A stretch of 64,000 nt of DNA from a virus (lineage: Duplodnaviria; Caudoviricetes), in the IMG/VR virus record IMGVR_UViG_2896201746_000001, positions 32,001 through 96,000 of that record. One strand, given 5' to 3'. The notes below the pieces were generated by a model. It saw nothing but the letters and a program-made list of their open reading frames with translations. It was not told the DNA's origin and did not search any database. Position 1 is the stretch's first letter. The number at the start of each line of letters is the position of its first letter. Shown here piece after piece: positions 1 to 9,652 of this stretch. The position numbers and the translations under genes were made by a program.

Positions 1-290
1 ACGAGCTGATCCATGTCCCAGGGGATCGCCACCTCGCGCAGGGTCAGGCCGAAATGCTGGCACAGCGCCCGGCTGGCGATCAGATCTTCTGACGGGCTTT
101 TGTCGATGTAGAAGGTGAAGCAGGTTGGCCGCCGGCCGCTCTCCAGCATCGCAAACAGCAGGGTCGCGCTGTCGATGCCGCCGGACAGGGCCAGTTCGGC
201 GGTGCGGTTCGGGTCTTCGCGCTCGATGCGCTCGATCAGGAGCTGGCGATAGACCTTCAGTTCGGAATTGGGGATGGGGATGGACGTCAT
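1..290 (-). CDS. PP-loop (asparagine synthase C-terminal/QueC-like) adenylating enzyme, truncated by window edge
   Basis: Manual translation from ATG 290: MTSIPIPNSELKVYRQLLIERIEREDPNRTAELALSGGIDSATLLFAML...; SGGIDS PP-loop; start overlaps upstream stop (TGATG). Confidence 0.75.
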   Translation of the reverse strand, partial: MTSIPIPNSELKVYRQLLIERIEREDPNRTAELALSGGIDSATLLFAMLESGRRPTCFTFYIDKSPSEDLIASRALCQHFGLTLREVAIPWDMDQL

Positions 291-1192
291 CAGGCGTTCT
301 CACAGATGGAGCGGCCGGCGGCGCTGCCGGCCGCGATGACGATGTCGGCAATGGCGATGCCGGACAGGTAGACGGCGGCCCCGCCGGGCTGGGCGGCATC
401 GCGGAAGTCGGGCGAGCGCATGTCGCGGCCGATCACGACCGGCTCGCTGTCCCACGGCCAGTCGTAGTCGCCGGTCGGATGGGCGTTCATCTGGCCGAGA
501 TGGTCGCAGAAGCTCGGCAGCGCCGAGCGAAAGCTCGCACCGAGCTGCCAGCCGCCGTCCTGGGCGACAAACAGCAGCGGCGCGTCCCCGCCCTCGCCGA
601 CGAAGTCGTCGATCTCCAGCACCTCGGCCCGGTCGCGGATCGTCGTGCATTCGATGACGACATCGCAGTCGGCCAGCGCCCGGGCGCGTTCGACCAGCAC
701 AGCGCCGGCCGGAAACAGATGCGCGTTCTTCGTTGGGTTGCGCGGGCTTGCCTTCAGCGAGAACTGCTCGCCCGACACGCCGAACAGCGACTGCAGGATG
801 CGCGCGGTCGCGAGGTTCGTGCGCCCGGTGCCGACCAGGCCGTAGCGCAGCCCTCCGGCCACCTTTCGGCCGAAGAACAGGTCGACGGCCAGCGCAGCCA
901 TCAGACCGCAGCGCTCGCGCGTGAGCTGGACGCTGTCGACGTTGGCGACCACAGAGCCGTCCCGGTCGAACACGATCGTCCGCGCCGTCATGCCGCCCGT
1001 GCGTTCGTCGACCCGGATGATCTTCGTACCGAACAGGCCGTCGGTCGTCATCGCGGGCATCACGTTGCCGTAGACGCCGAGCATGTCGCCGTCGCGCTCC
1101 AGGTCGACGGCGATCTTCGTGGGGTTCGAGGTGGCCGTCATCGCCAGATATTCGTGGCGCAGCCGGTCGTAGAGGGAGTCGATGGGCTTCAT
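290..1192 (-). CDS. Ornithine cyclodeaminase/mu-crystallin-like NAD(P)-dependent protein
   Basis: VMPAM...GTKII...LTRERCG segment, Rossmann GLVGTGRTN, DCDVVIECT, C-terminal SGIAIADIVIA typical of the OCD family; start at MKPIDS. Confidence 0.7.
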   Translation of the reverse strand: MKPIDSLYDRLRHEYLAMTATSNPTKIAVDLERDGDMLGVYGNVMPAMTTDGLFGTKIIRVDERTGGMTARTIVFDRDGSVVANVDSVQLTRERCGLMAALAVDLFFGRKVAGGLRYGLVGTGRTNLATARILQSLFGVSGEQFSLKASPRNPTKNAHLFPAGAVLVERARALADCDVVIECTTIRDRAEVLEIDDFVGEGGDAPLLFVAQDGGWQLGASFRSALPSFCDHLGQMNAHPTGDYDWPWDSEPVVIGRDMRSPDFRDAAQPGGAAVYLSGIAIADIVIAAGSAAGRSICENA

Positions 1193-1308
1193 AGCGGCAC
1201 ACCGAGCAGGCGGGCCATGCCGATCATCAGGCCATCGAGCAACAGCTCGCGATTCCTTGAAGTCATGTAGAGATGAAAGAGAATCGGATGGGTGATGTAG
1301 AGAGGCAT
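1189..1308 (-). CDS. Small 39-aa protein MPLYITHPILFHLYMTSRNRELLLDGLMIGMARLLGVPL
   Basis: Fills the gap between the ParB-like and OCD-like genes; ATGA overlap with the OCD start. Confidence 0.4.
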   Translation of the reverse strand: MPLYITHPILFHLYMTSRNRELLLDGLMIGMARLLGVPL

Positions 1309-1322
1309 GGCCGGCCACCCTG

Positions 1323-1991
1323 TCAGTCGTTGAAGCCGAACTTGCAGCGCGGGCAGACGTGCGCGAAGGTCAGGCCGCTCGGATCGAGGGTCTTGAATCT
1401 GTCCGGTTCCTGGGCTTCGCTCTCGTCGTCTTCATCGTCTTCGGCGCTGGCCGGAGCATTGCTCGGCTTGTCGTCGCCGGTGCTCAGCGTGAGCTGGCTG
1501 GTGTCGACGTTGATGAGGTCGATCATCGCCTGCACGCGCTCGGGCGTGTAGGGCAGGCTTTCGACAACGGCGGTCACGCCAAGCTCGTTCGACAGGTCGG
1601 CGACCATCTCGGCCAGCTTGACCGCGTCGAACTCGCCGCGCAGCGTGTTCGCCTTCACCGTGATGAGCTTCGCGTGCTCGTCGGTGATCGGGCCGAGATT
1701 GATGATCGGGATGCGCTTCATCCCGATGTCGAGGGCCTCCTTGTAGCGGTGCTCGCCGTCGACGATCTCCCACAGCGCCTCGGTCGTGCCCTTGCGCGCC
1801 GGCGGCAGCGGACGCACCAGGACCGGCACGATGAAGCCGTCCTTCTCCAGCGCCTTGCGCAGCTTGTCCCGCATGAAGCTGTCCATGCGGTTGGGGTTCC
1901 AGGTGTTCGGCGTCAGGGACGAGATGTCGACCAGCTTGTCGGCGAGGTCGTCGGGGATGGTGATGCCGGCTTCGATGACGGGGTCGCTCAT
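1323..1991 (-). CDS. ParB N-terminal (ParBc/Srx) domain protein with C-terminal CxxC
   Basis: NPNRM, GFIVPVLVR, IVDGEHR motifs; ends HVCPRCKFGFND. Confidence 0.85.
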   Translation of the reverse strand: MSDPVIEAGITIPDDLADKLVDISSLTPNTWNPNRMDSFMRDKLRKALEKDGFIVPVLVRPLPPARKGTTEALWEIVDGEHRYKEALDIGMKRIPIINLGPITDEHAKLITVKANTLRGEFDAVKLAEMVADLSNELGVTAVVESLPYTPERVQAMIDLINVDTSQLTLSTGDDKPSNAPASAEDDEDDESEAQEPDRFKTLDPSGLTFAHVCPRCKFGFND

Positions 1992-2172
1992 AGGTTCCTC
2001 ATGAGGAAGCGCAACCAGATGGTTGCCTTATATTCACCGCTAACTTATAATTTGGGGCCTTTAGGGGTCAAGCGGAAACGCTGGAGCAATTGCTTAATTG
2101 CTCAATTGCCCTATGTACGTTGCGCGATGATAATGTGACAGTCGAATCAAGCGCTTGAGAGGTGATGCTGCG

Positions 2173-4035
2173 ATGCCGATCATCGCGATGAACAATGTCG
2201 GAGCGAAGCTGCTGGGCGCGGACGAGCGCGCGATCGCCATCGTTTCCGACGCGCTGTCGTATGACGACGAGTCCGCCAAGCGCCGGAGCGGCATCTTCGG
2301 CCAGCTCAACTCCAAGCGCACCTTCCTGCGGTTCCCGGAGCTGATCTGCGAGGCCGGCTTCGTCCCGGTGATCCAACAGGCGCTGGCCGAGGCCGGCTAT
2401 GCCGTCGCCATCCATGACCAGCGCAACGCCCTCGACTGCCAGGGTCCGGCCATCGACCTGCAGAACCCGACAGGTTGGGAAACCTGCGACGACGGCAAGC
2501 AGTACCCGCTCTATGGCGGCTATCTCGACGGCATCGAGCTGCGCGACTACCAGGCCAACGTCGTCGAGACCTTCGTGCTGGAAAAGCGCGGCATCATCCA
2601 GGCCGCGACGGGAGCCGGCAAGACCGAGTGCGCCGCGGCCATCATCAAGCGCGTCGCCCGCCCCGCCCTGTTTCTCACCCACAAGCTCGATCTGGTCGGC
2701 CAGACCCGGCTGCGCTTCAAGAAGCGGCTCGGCATCAACGCCGGCATGATCTCGGAAGGCGAATGGCTGCCGGGCGAAGTCACCGTCGCCACCGTGCAGA
2801 CGATCATGGCGCACTGGACCCGCATCTGGTCGGGCCGGTTGCGCGTGCGCGTCGTCGACCAGACGCTGGTCGGCCCGATCAAGGCCTACAAGCAGGCCAA
2901 GCGCAAGACCGCGGAGCTGAAGGCGGCGGCCGACCGCGCCGAGGCCGAGATCAAGCGCCGCGGCCACTGCTACGTCATCGACCCGGCGACGGCCCCGTCG
3001 AAGAAGCCCCGGCCGCTGACCGAGGTGGTCGAGAAGCGCGTGCGCGGCCTGACCCAGGAGATGGCGCTGGAGACGGCGCGCGGGATCGAGCATGTCGAGG
3101 AGGTGCTGTCGCTGACGCTGGTCGACGAGCCGATCAACCGCGTCATCGAGTTCTTGCGCACCATCGAGCTTCTGATCGTCGATGAAGCCCACAGAAGCTC
3201 TGGGAATGGCTTCTTCACGATCATCAGCAACTGCCCGAACGCCTATTTCCGCGCGAGCCTCACGGCGACGCCGCTGATGAAGGGCAAGCGCGAGGATGAC
3301 CTGCGCCTGATTGCCACGTCCGGCCGCATCATCTGCCGCATCACGAACGGCGAGCTGATCCGCCGCGGCATCCTGGCGACGCCCTACTTCCGCTTCAACG
3401 AGGTGCCGGCCTTCGGCTTCAACGAGCGTGAGGTGCGCCGGGAGATCGTGAAGTCCGGCAAAAAGGTCCAGGCCAGCGCCATCTTCCAGGCGGCCTACCG
3501 GATGGGAATCGTTGAGAACGACGTGCGCAATCGCATGGTCGTGGAGGACACGCAGGAGTTGGTTGCCGAGGGCCGCAAGACGGTCGTGCTGTTTCAGCAG
3601 CAAGATCACGGCAAGCGCATTTACGACATGCTCCTCGCTGCAGGGATGCGCTGTCGGCTGCTCTACGGGGAAGACGACATCGACGTGCGCGAAGACGTCA
3701 AACGGGCGCTGCGGGAGGGCGAGATCGACGTGATGGTCGCGTCGACGATCCTCGACGAAGGCATCGACGAGCCGTGCATCTCCGGCATCGTGCTGGCCGG
3801 CGGCGGCAAGTCGAAGATCAGCCTGTTCCAGCGCGTCGGCCGGTCGGTGCGCAAGAAGACCGGCGAGGAGCTGCGCAAGCTCGGCAACACCGCCCGGATC
3901 ATCGACTACATCGACACCGGCAGTCCGCACCTGAAGAAGCACTCGGCCTTGCGGTTCAAGGCAGTCCGGGAAGAGGACGGCTGGATAGTCGAGGCGATCC
4001 GCATGTACGAGGACAGATACCGGCGGGCGGCTTGA
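2173..4035 (+). CDS. SF2 DEAH-box helicase (UvsW/XPB-like)
   Basis: LRDYQ Q-motif, ATGAGKT, DEAH, TATP, LDEGID, QRVGRSVR. Confidence 0.9.
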   Translation: MPIIAMNNVGAKLLGADERAIAIVSDALSYDDESAKRRSGIFGQLNSKRTFLRFPELICEAGFVPVIQQALAEAGYAVAIHDQRNALDCQGPAIDLQNPTGWETCDDGKQYPLYGGYLDGIELRDYQANVVETFVLEKRGIIQAATGAGKTECAAAIIKRVARPALFLTHKLDLVGQTRLRFKKRLGINAGMISEGEWLPGEVTVATVQTIMAHWTRIWSGRLRVRVVDQTLVGPIKAYKQAKRKTAELKAAADRAEAEIKRRGHCYVIDPATAPSKKPRPLTEVVEKRVRGLTQEMALETARGIEHVEEVLSLTLVDEPINRVIEFLRTIELLIVDEAHRSSGNGFFTIISNCPNAYFRASLTATPLMKGKREDDLRLIATSGRIICRITNGELIRRGILATPYFRFNEVPAFGFNEREVRREIVKSGKKVQASAIFQAAYRMGIVENDVRNRMVVEDTQELVAEGRKTVVLFQQQDHGKRIYDMLLAAGMRCRLLYGEDDIDVREDVKRALREGEIDVMVASTILDEGIDEPCISGIVLAGGGKSKISLFQRVGRSVRKKTGEELRKLGNTARIIDYIDTGSPHLKKHSALRFKAVREEDGWIVEAIRMYEDRYRRAA

Positions 4036-4116
4036 CCGTCATTTCTCTCTATAGAGTATATTTACATATATAATATACTCTTCTTTCTGTTCTCTTCTCT
4101 TGAAGAAACGGTTTTT

Positions 4117-4905
4117 GTGATGATCGAAGTGGATCTGTCTTCCCTTCAAGAGTATGTCGAGAGCGGCGAAAAGCCTCGCCGGGCCGCCAAGCCGAAGCCC
4201 ACGCCGGAGAGCATCCGGCTGAAGGCGCTGGAGCAGCATGCCGGCCCGGAGGAGGAGGCCCTCGACAAGAGCTGCTGGTTCCCCTACCGGCGCATGCCGG
4301 CCTTCGAGCGGACCTGCCTGTTCGTCTTCGTCTACGACGCGGTGATGTCGGCGCATCTGGTCAGCCAGAATGCCGGCAACTTCTCGCTGACCGGCCGGGG
4401 CAAGGTGTCGGTCCTGAAGAAGGCCGAGAAGGAATCGCCATGGTTGTCGGTGAAGGACGGCGTGCCGCAGCTCTCCCGGCGCTGGCTCGGCTACATGAAG
4501 GCCCGCCGGCAGGCCGACGCCTGGTTCATGAGCTATGCCGACTATGTCGCCGGGGCGCTGCACGCCGCCCAGAAGCGCAACTGGCCCTACATGCCCTCGC
4601 CCGGCCAGCTCACCAGCGACAAGCTGCTCGGCCGCGCCGACGGCTTCGAGGAAGCGACGATCCCCTGGTATTATCGCGACCTGTACCGGGACAAGGTGCG
4701 CTTCTGCGACGCCCCCTACTTCCAGGCCCAGCATTACCGCGGAGAGCCGCTGCAGGTCGAGTATCTCGCCTACATCGCCGGAACGCTGCGCTCGACGACC
4801 GGCGACCGGGCTGCCGATCTGTGGGCACGCTATCAGCGCGATGGGAAGATCACGTCTTCCCTATCGTTCGCAGACGCGCTATCACAGTATCGTGTTTTTC
4901 AGTAA
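4117..4905 (+). CDS. Hypothetical protein in replication cluster
   Basis: 262-aa ORF with host-like codon bias. Confidence 0.7.
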   Translation: MMIEVDLSSLQEYVESGEKPRRAAKPKPTPESIRLKALEQHAGPEEEALDKSCWFPYRRMPAFERTCLFVFVYDAVMSAHLVSQNAGNFSLTGRGKVSVLKKAEKESPWLSVKDGVPQLSRRWLGYMKARRQADAWFMSYADYVAGALHAAQKRNWPYMPSPGQLTSDKLLGRADGFEEATIPWYYRDLYRDKVRFCDAPYFQAQHYRGEPLQVEYLAYIAGTLRSTTGDRAADLWARYQRDGKITSSLSFADALSQYRVFQ

Positions 4906-4928
4906 ACGATGACAGAAGGTGACAAGTT

Positions 4929-5180
4929 ATGAATGTTGCCGCGTTCACGCCGGAGCGCCGCTACCCCGTCTCGCGGCCGACGGTCAATGAGGTGGGCGTG
5001 CTGGCCGATCTGAAGACCAAGGGAGCGGCCATCACGGTCAAGCCGAAGGGGCAGACCGAGCTGATCGGCCGGATCGTCTGGTCGGATTTGAACTGCATCG
5101 CCGTCGAGGTTGCGACCGGCCGCGTCCGGGTCTTCAACAAGATCGAGCTGGAGTTCTGGGAATACGCCAGCGCCCACTGA
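4929..5180 (+). CDS. Hfq/Sm-like protein
   Basis: LADLKTKGAAITVKPKGQTELIGRIVWSDLNCIAV...VFNK matches the Sm1/Sm2 pattern of Hfq (L..L+...v.v....l.G.I...D...I.....+.K). Confidence 0.55.
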   Translation: MNVAAFTPERRYPVSRPTVNEVGVLADLKTKGAAITVKPKGQTELIGRIVWSDLNCIAVEVATGRVRVFNKIELEFWEYASAH

Positions 5181-5201
5181 GCACGCCTGGAGATCGTGTG
5201 T

Positions 5202-6653
5202 ATGTCGAATAGCCCCGTTACCATCCCCACCGCCTTCGCCGGCGTCACGGCGACCGTCAACCCCGCCACGGGAGCCGCCAGCGCCGCTGCCGCGCCGGCC
5301 GCCTTCACCCCTCCCCCGCCGCCCGAGGCGACGCCCTTCACCGACCCGGAGTTCGGCTCGAAGGTGCTGGCGCTGCTGGCGCTCGACGACCGCTATGCCC
5401 GTGAGGCCGCGAGCTACCTGAAGCCCGGCCATTTCGTCGGGCCGGTCGACCAGAACCTCGCCAAGATCATCCTGGCCTATGTGCGCACCTACAGCCAGCT
5501 CCCGGGCGACATCAAGGCGCTGGCCGAGGTGGTGAAGGCGCATCCCGACGTGCCGGCCGCCGAGAAACCGCTTTATGCCCGCCGGCTGGTCGAGCTGCAC
5601 ACGCTCAACCAGGCCATGCCCAACCGGGCATGGATTCGCGACCAGGCCGTCGACTTCTGCAAGCGCCAGGCCCTCATCATGCTGGCGAGCGAAATCCCGA
5701 CCCTGCTGTCGAAGCCGCACGCCGATTTCGGCAAGATCCGCGACGAGCTGCACCGCACGATGACCATCGGCGAGGGGCTGGGCGCGAATTTCCGCAACCT
5801 CTTCGACGCCGCCGAGATCGAGCGCCGCCGCGAGCGCCGCGACGCCACCGCGACCGGCAAGGGCCGGCTCGGCGTGCCGACCGGCATCGCGTCGCCGCGC
5901 TACAATCTCGACGACCTGCTCTATCACCGCGGTTGGGAGCGCGGTGCGTTCACCGGCATCATGGGCCGGGCGAAGATGGGCAAGACGACATTCTGCGCGC
6001 AGAGCGCCCTGCTGTCGGCCCAGCTTCACGGCCAGAACTGGCTTTACGTCTCGCTGGAGGTGTCGGACGAGATCATTGAAGACCGCACCGACGCGATGCT
6101 GACCGGCGTCAAGATGACCGATCTGCTCGCCAGCCGCGACGCCATCGCCAGCCAGGTCAACGGCCTGACCAAGCTCGGCAAGTTCTTCGTCGAGCGCTAT
6201 CCGGCCAACACCCTGACGACCGACGCCACCGACGCGCTGGTCGGCCGCTATTTCGACCGCGGCATCAAGCTGGACGGCGTCGTGGTCGACTATCTCGGCA
6301 TCATGCGCGTCACGCCGGCCGACGACCGCTACATCGGCCTGGGCAACGCGACCAAGGAGCTGCGCCGCATCGCCGGCAAATACGACGTCGCCATGCTGTC
6401 GCCGATCCAGACCAACCGCGACGGCGTCGGCAAGGCCAATGCCGGCATGGACAAGGTCGGCGAGAGCTTCGCGATCGTCCAGGACTGCGACCTGTTGCTG
6501 GCACTGAACGCGACCGACCAGGAAATCGCCGCCGGCGTCCGTCGGCTCACCGTCGCGGCCTCGCGCAACACCGGCGGCTTCACGATGAAGGTGAAGTCGA
6601 ACATGGAGGTGATGCGCATCGTGGAGGACGTGCTCGATGTCACCTACGACTAA
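5202..6653 (+). CDS. dnaB: Replicative DnaB-like helicase
   Basis: GVPTG, MGRAKMGKTT Walker A, YVSLE, VVDYLG, SPIQTNR. Confidence 0.9.
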   Translation: MSNSPVTIPTAFAGVTATVNPATGAASAAAAPAAFTPPPPPEATPFTDPEFGSKVLALLALDDRYAREAASYLKPGHFVGPVDQNLAKIILAYVRTYSQLPGDIKALAEVVKAHPDVPAAEKPLYARRLVELHTLNQAMPNRAWIRDQAVDFCKRQALIMLASEIPTLLSKPHADFGKIRDELHRTMTIGEGLGANFRNLFDAAEIERRRERRDATATGKGRLGVPTGIASPRYNLDDLLYHRGWERGAFTGIMGRAKMGKTTFCAQSALLSAQLHGQNWLYVSLEVSDEIIEDRTDAMLTGVKMTDLLASRDAIASQVNGLTKLGKFFVERYPANTLTTDATDALVGRYFDRGIKLDGVVVDYLGIMRVTPADDRYIGLGNATKELRRIAGKYDVAMLSPIQTNRDGVGKANAGMDKVGESFAIVQDCDLLLALNATDQEIAAGVRRLTVAASRNTGGFTMKVKSNMEVMRIVEDVLDVTYD

Positions 6654-7251
6654 GGAGCCGTTCGTCCCGGGCGCGGACGGGATTCCGCTGATCTGCGAGG
6701 AGTTTGCCCAGGCGGCGATGGCACGCAACCAGCGCGCGGTGTTCGTCGGCGTGTCGAGCAGCAGCCGGCTGTCGCGGCGCGTCGACCGGGCCTGTGCCCG
6801 GGCCGTCGCCGCCTTCCCGCTCGACTTCATCACCACGCGGCCGGATGGCGAGCGGCGCATCTGCACCGACCGCCTGACCGGCGTCGACCTCCTGGTTTCC
6901 CGCGCCCCGGCCCAGGCCCACGAGTATCCCGAGATCCCTTGGGCCTTCTGGATGAAGAGTTCCTACGAGGTGGCCGTGCTGCTGGCCGACAAGGCGTCCG
7001 ATCTGCTCTGGATCGACCCCGGAGTCGTCCCGGCGGCACGCGAGTTCGAGGAGCGTTTCTTCGACATGGACTGGCAGGCCTATTCCCGCGGCGTCCCATC
7101 GGCCATCGGCTGGCCCACGGCGCAGTGGGAGGCGGTTCAGGCGAACGCGAGCATGGCACGGGCCGCCACGCGGATCATCGAGCGGCGCTGGTTTCCGCGG
7201 GAGGAGGATTCTACCTCCAAAGTGGCACCCGAATGGAGCGAGGGTTGGTAG
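6637..7251 (+). CDS. Hypothetical protein ending WSEGW
   Basis: Overlaps dnaB stop; codon bias. Confidence 0.7.
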   Translation: MSPTTKEPFVPGADGIPLICEEFAQAAMARNQRAVFVGVSSSSRLSRRVDRACARAVAAFPLDFITTRPDGERRICTDRLTGVDLLVSRAPAQAHEYPEIPWAFWMKSSYEVAVLLADKASDLLWIDPGVVPAAREFEERFFDMDWQAYSRGVPSAIGWPTAQWEAVQANASMARAATRIIERRWFPREEDSTSKVAPEWSEGW

Positions 7252-7329
7252 TTTCTTCTTGAATTTCACTAAGCGCTGACATATAAGCAACTCAGCTAAT
7301 CGAGTGTTTTTGGAGAGGCAAAGCCAACC

Positions 7330-7686
7330 ATGAAGTTTTCCGTCGTCGGGTCCAAGGCCTTTCGCGACGCCCATGATGCGTTCGCCGAAGCCAGCAAGGC
7401 AGCCGCTGAAGGGCGCGAACTTCCGCCGGCTGAAACCGCCGAGTTCGAGACGACCGCGCTGGTCAACGACTTCTACCGCGTCCACACGCTGACCGTCGGC
7501 GAGGACGGCAAGCTGGCCGTTACCGGCCAGTTCTTCGCCCGCACCATCGACGACATCTTCGCCGGGGCCGGCGACCGCGGCCTGATCCGCTACGAGCGCA
7601 TCAACGTCTTCCCGTTCCGCCAGCCGGCCGAACGTGCCCCGCGTGCCCCGCGTGCCTCCCGAAAGCTCGCCACCGCTCACGGCTGA
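7330..7686 (+). CDS. Hypothetical protein
   Basis: ORF with RBS-like GGAGAGG upstream. Confidence 0.7.
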   Translation: MKFSVVGSKAFRDAHDAFAEASKAAAEGRELPPAETAEFETTALVNDFYRVHTLTVGEDGKLAVTGQFFARTIDDIFAGAGDRGLIRYERINVFPFRQPAERAPRAPRASRKLATAHG

Positions 7687-7701
7687 TCCCGAGGTGCCCC
7701 G

Positions 7702-8181
7702 ATGACCCAATTCAAGCTCGGCCAGACCATGCGTGACCGCGCCTCCGGCTTCACCGGAATCGCCGTCTCGCGCTTCGACTTCCTCAACGGCAACGTCCAG
7801 TACAGCCTCCAGCCGAAGGCACCGGAAGGCGCGACGACCCTGCCCGAGGCCGTCAGCTTCGACATCCAGCAGCTCGAAGTCGTCGATGCCGGCATCAGCG
7901 ACACCGCCAGCAAGCCCGCCCGCACGCCGATCCGCGTCGGCCAGAAGGTAAAGGACACGATCACCGGCCTGACCGGCGTCGCCACGATGCAGGCGACCTA
8001 CATGAACGGCTGCGTCAGCTTCCTGGTTACGCCGCGCCGCCGGCTCCTGCGCGAGAACGACGCGGAATGGGTGAGCAGCGTGCGTCTGACCGCCATCGAC
8101 GAGAAGCCCGCCATCGAGCCGCCCAAGTCCGAGAAGCCCACCGGCGGCCCGCCGATGCGCGGCGTTCCCCGCGCCGCCTGA
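7702..8181 (+). CDS. Phage protein with two tandem copies of a small beta domain
   Basis: FKLGQTMRDRASGFTGIAVSRFDFLNG vs IRVGQKVKDTITGLTGVATMQATYMNG. Confidence 0.75.
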   Translation: MTQFKLGQTMRDRASGFTGIAVSRFDFLNGNVQYSLQPKAPEGATTLPEAVSFDIQQLEVVDAGISDTASKPARTPIRVGQKVKDTITGLTGVATMQATYMNGCVSFLVTPRRRLLRENDAEWVSSVRLTAIDEKPAIEPPKSEKPTGGPPMRGVPRAA

Positions 8182-8214
8182 TCTCTCACCCACCGCTCAG
8201 CAATAGGAAAGACC

Positions 8215-8409
8215 ATGAGCACCAGCACCTTCGCCGTCGGCAGCCGCGTCACCTTCCGTCCCGGCCGCTCCAAGACTTTCGTCACCGGCGTTGTCGAGCA
8301 GGTCATCCTGCCGACCACGACCGGCCGCGGCGCGTCCGTGTTCCTGGCCGTGAAGTGCGACGACGGCGTCGTGCGCAAGACCCGGCCGGGTGCCTGCCGG
8401 GCCGCCTGA
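8215..8409 (+). CDS. Small SH3-like hypothetical protein
   Basis: FAVGSRVTF...TGVVEQV pattern, RBS AGGA. Confidence 0.65.
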   Translation: MSTSTFAVGSRVTFRPGRSKTFVTGVVEQVILPTTTGRGASVFLAVKCDDGVVRKTRPGACRAA

Positions 8410-8508
8410 CGGCCGAGCCGATGGGGTCATTGCCCTATCGTCTCATTGCTCTATTGACCAATGGGCCGGGCGCTGTCGCCCGGCCCGCGGCGTTTCTAGG
8501 GAACCCCA

Positions 8509-9591
8509 ATGGCGGTTGATCTCCTGCAGCGGGCCGTCCAGGCCTTCGACGTGCGCGATTGGCTGTCCGAGCGCGTGCGTGTCCACAAGTCCGGCCCGAC
8601 CAACATCTCGGCGAACGAGTGCCCGATCTGCGGCAAGAAGAACGCGAAGTTCTACGCCCGCGCCAATGGCGACCGGCACAACGGCAGCTTCACAGCCTAC
8701 TGCTGTCATCACTCCGGCGGCCTGCTGACGCTGATCGGGCTGGTCGAGGGCTTCACGCGCGAGGAGGCGGTCGATTTCCTGATCGAGCGGCTGGAGGGCG
8801 AGGAGACGCGCATCATCCCGGTCCTGCGCGAAGCCGAGCCGGCCGTCGAGCAGCGCCCGCTCCCTGACTTGCCGCAGCCGCTCTACCCGGCCGTTCCCGA
8901 CTATCCGATCTTCGTGAAGGGCGAGCAGCGCACGCTCGCCTGGCGCGGGGCCGACCGCTACATCATCGACCGGCACGGGCTGGGGCTGACCTACATCGGC
9001 ACGGTCTACGGCAAGGACGACCGCGGCCGGCCGCAGCGCCGCAAGGATCTCGACTACCGGCTGGTGATCCCGATCCGTCGCGGTGCCGACGTCATCGGCT
9101 GGCAGGCCCGCGACCTCACCGACAGCTCCAAGCGCAAGTACCTGTTCCCCGCCGGCGACATGTCGCGCGAATGGCTCTACAACCTCGACGCCCATGAGGG
9201 CGCGACGATCATCATCACCGAAGGCGTGTTCCACAAGTGGGCCTGGGATCGCTTCGGGCTGCGCTACGGCTGCGGCTATGACCGGATGGCCGTCGCCAGC
9301 TTCGGCAAGAGCCTGACTGCCGCACAGATCGACCTGCTGATCGCCCGGCCGCAGATCACCGACGTCGTCCTGGCCTGGGATCTCGACGCCGCCCCTGAGA
9401 TCGACAAGATCGCGAAGCTGCTGGTCGGCCGCAAGCGCGTCCATGTCATGCACGCCCACCCGTCCGGACGCGACCATGACGAGCTGGACGATGCCGAGCT
9501 GGCCGGCCTGCTGCGCGGGATCGAGCCGTACACCCCGGAGCTGGGCGTGCGCATGAAGACTGCCCTCGCGCTCGCCAACATGGCGCGCTAG
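8509..9591 (+). CDS. DNA primase (Zn finger + TOPRIM)
   Basis: CPICG...YCCHH zinc finger, LVIPI...GWQAR...KY, IITEG, AWDLD TOPRIM. Confidence 0.88.
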   Translation: MAVDLLQRAVQAFDVRDWLSERVRVHKSGPTNISANECPICGKKNAKFYARANGDRHNGSFTAYCCHHSGGLLTLIGLVEGFTREEAVDFLIERLEGEETRIIPVLREAEPAVEQRPLPDLPQPLYPAVPDYPIFVKGEQRTLAWRGADRYIIDRHGLGLTYIGTVYGKDDRGRPQRRKDLDYRLVIPIRRGADVIGWQARDLTDSSKRKYLFPAGDMSREWLYNLDAHEGATIIITEGVFHKWAWDRFGLRYGCGYDRMAVASFGKSLTAAQIDLLIARPQITDVVLAWDLDAAPEIDKIAKLLVGRKRVHVMHAHPSGRDHDELDDAELAGLLRGIEPYTPELGVRMKTALALANMAR

Positions 9592-9652
9592 TTCTTGCCG
9601 CATTATCAGTCATCGCTTAACATCATCTTATCGTTTGTTTGTGGAGTTCGCT

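Noticed and set aside
1216-1250. Additional 8-bp array
   Set aside because: Only two or three weak units and the period is broken
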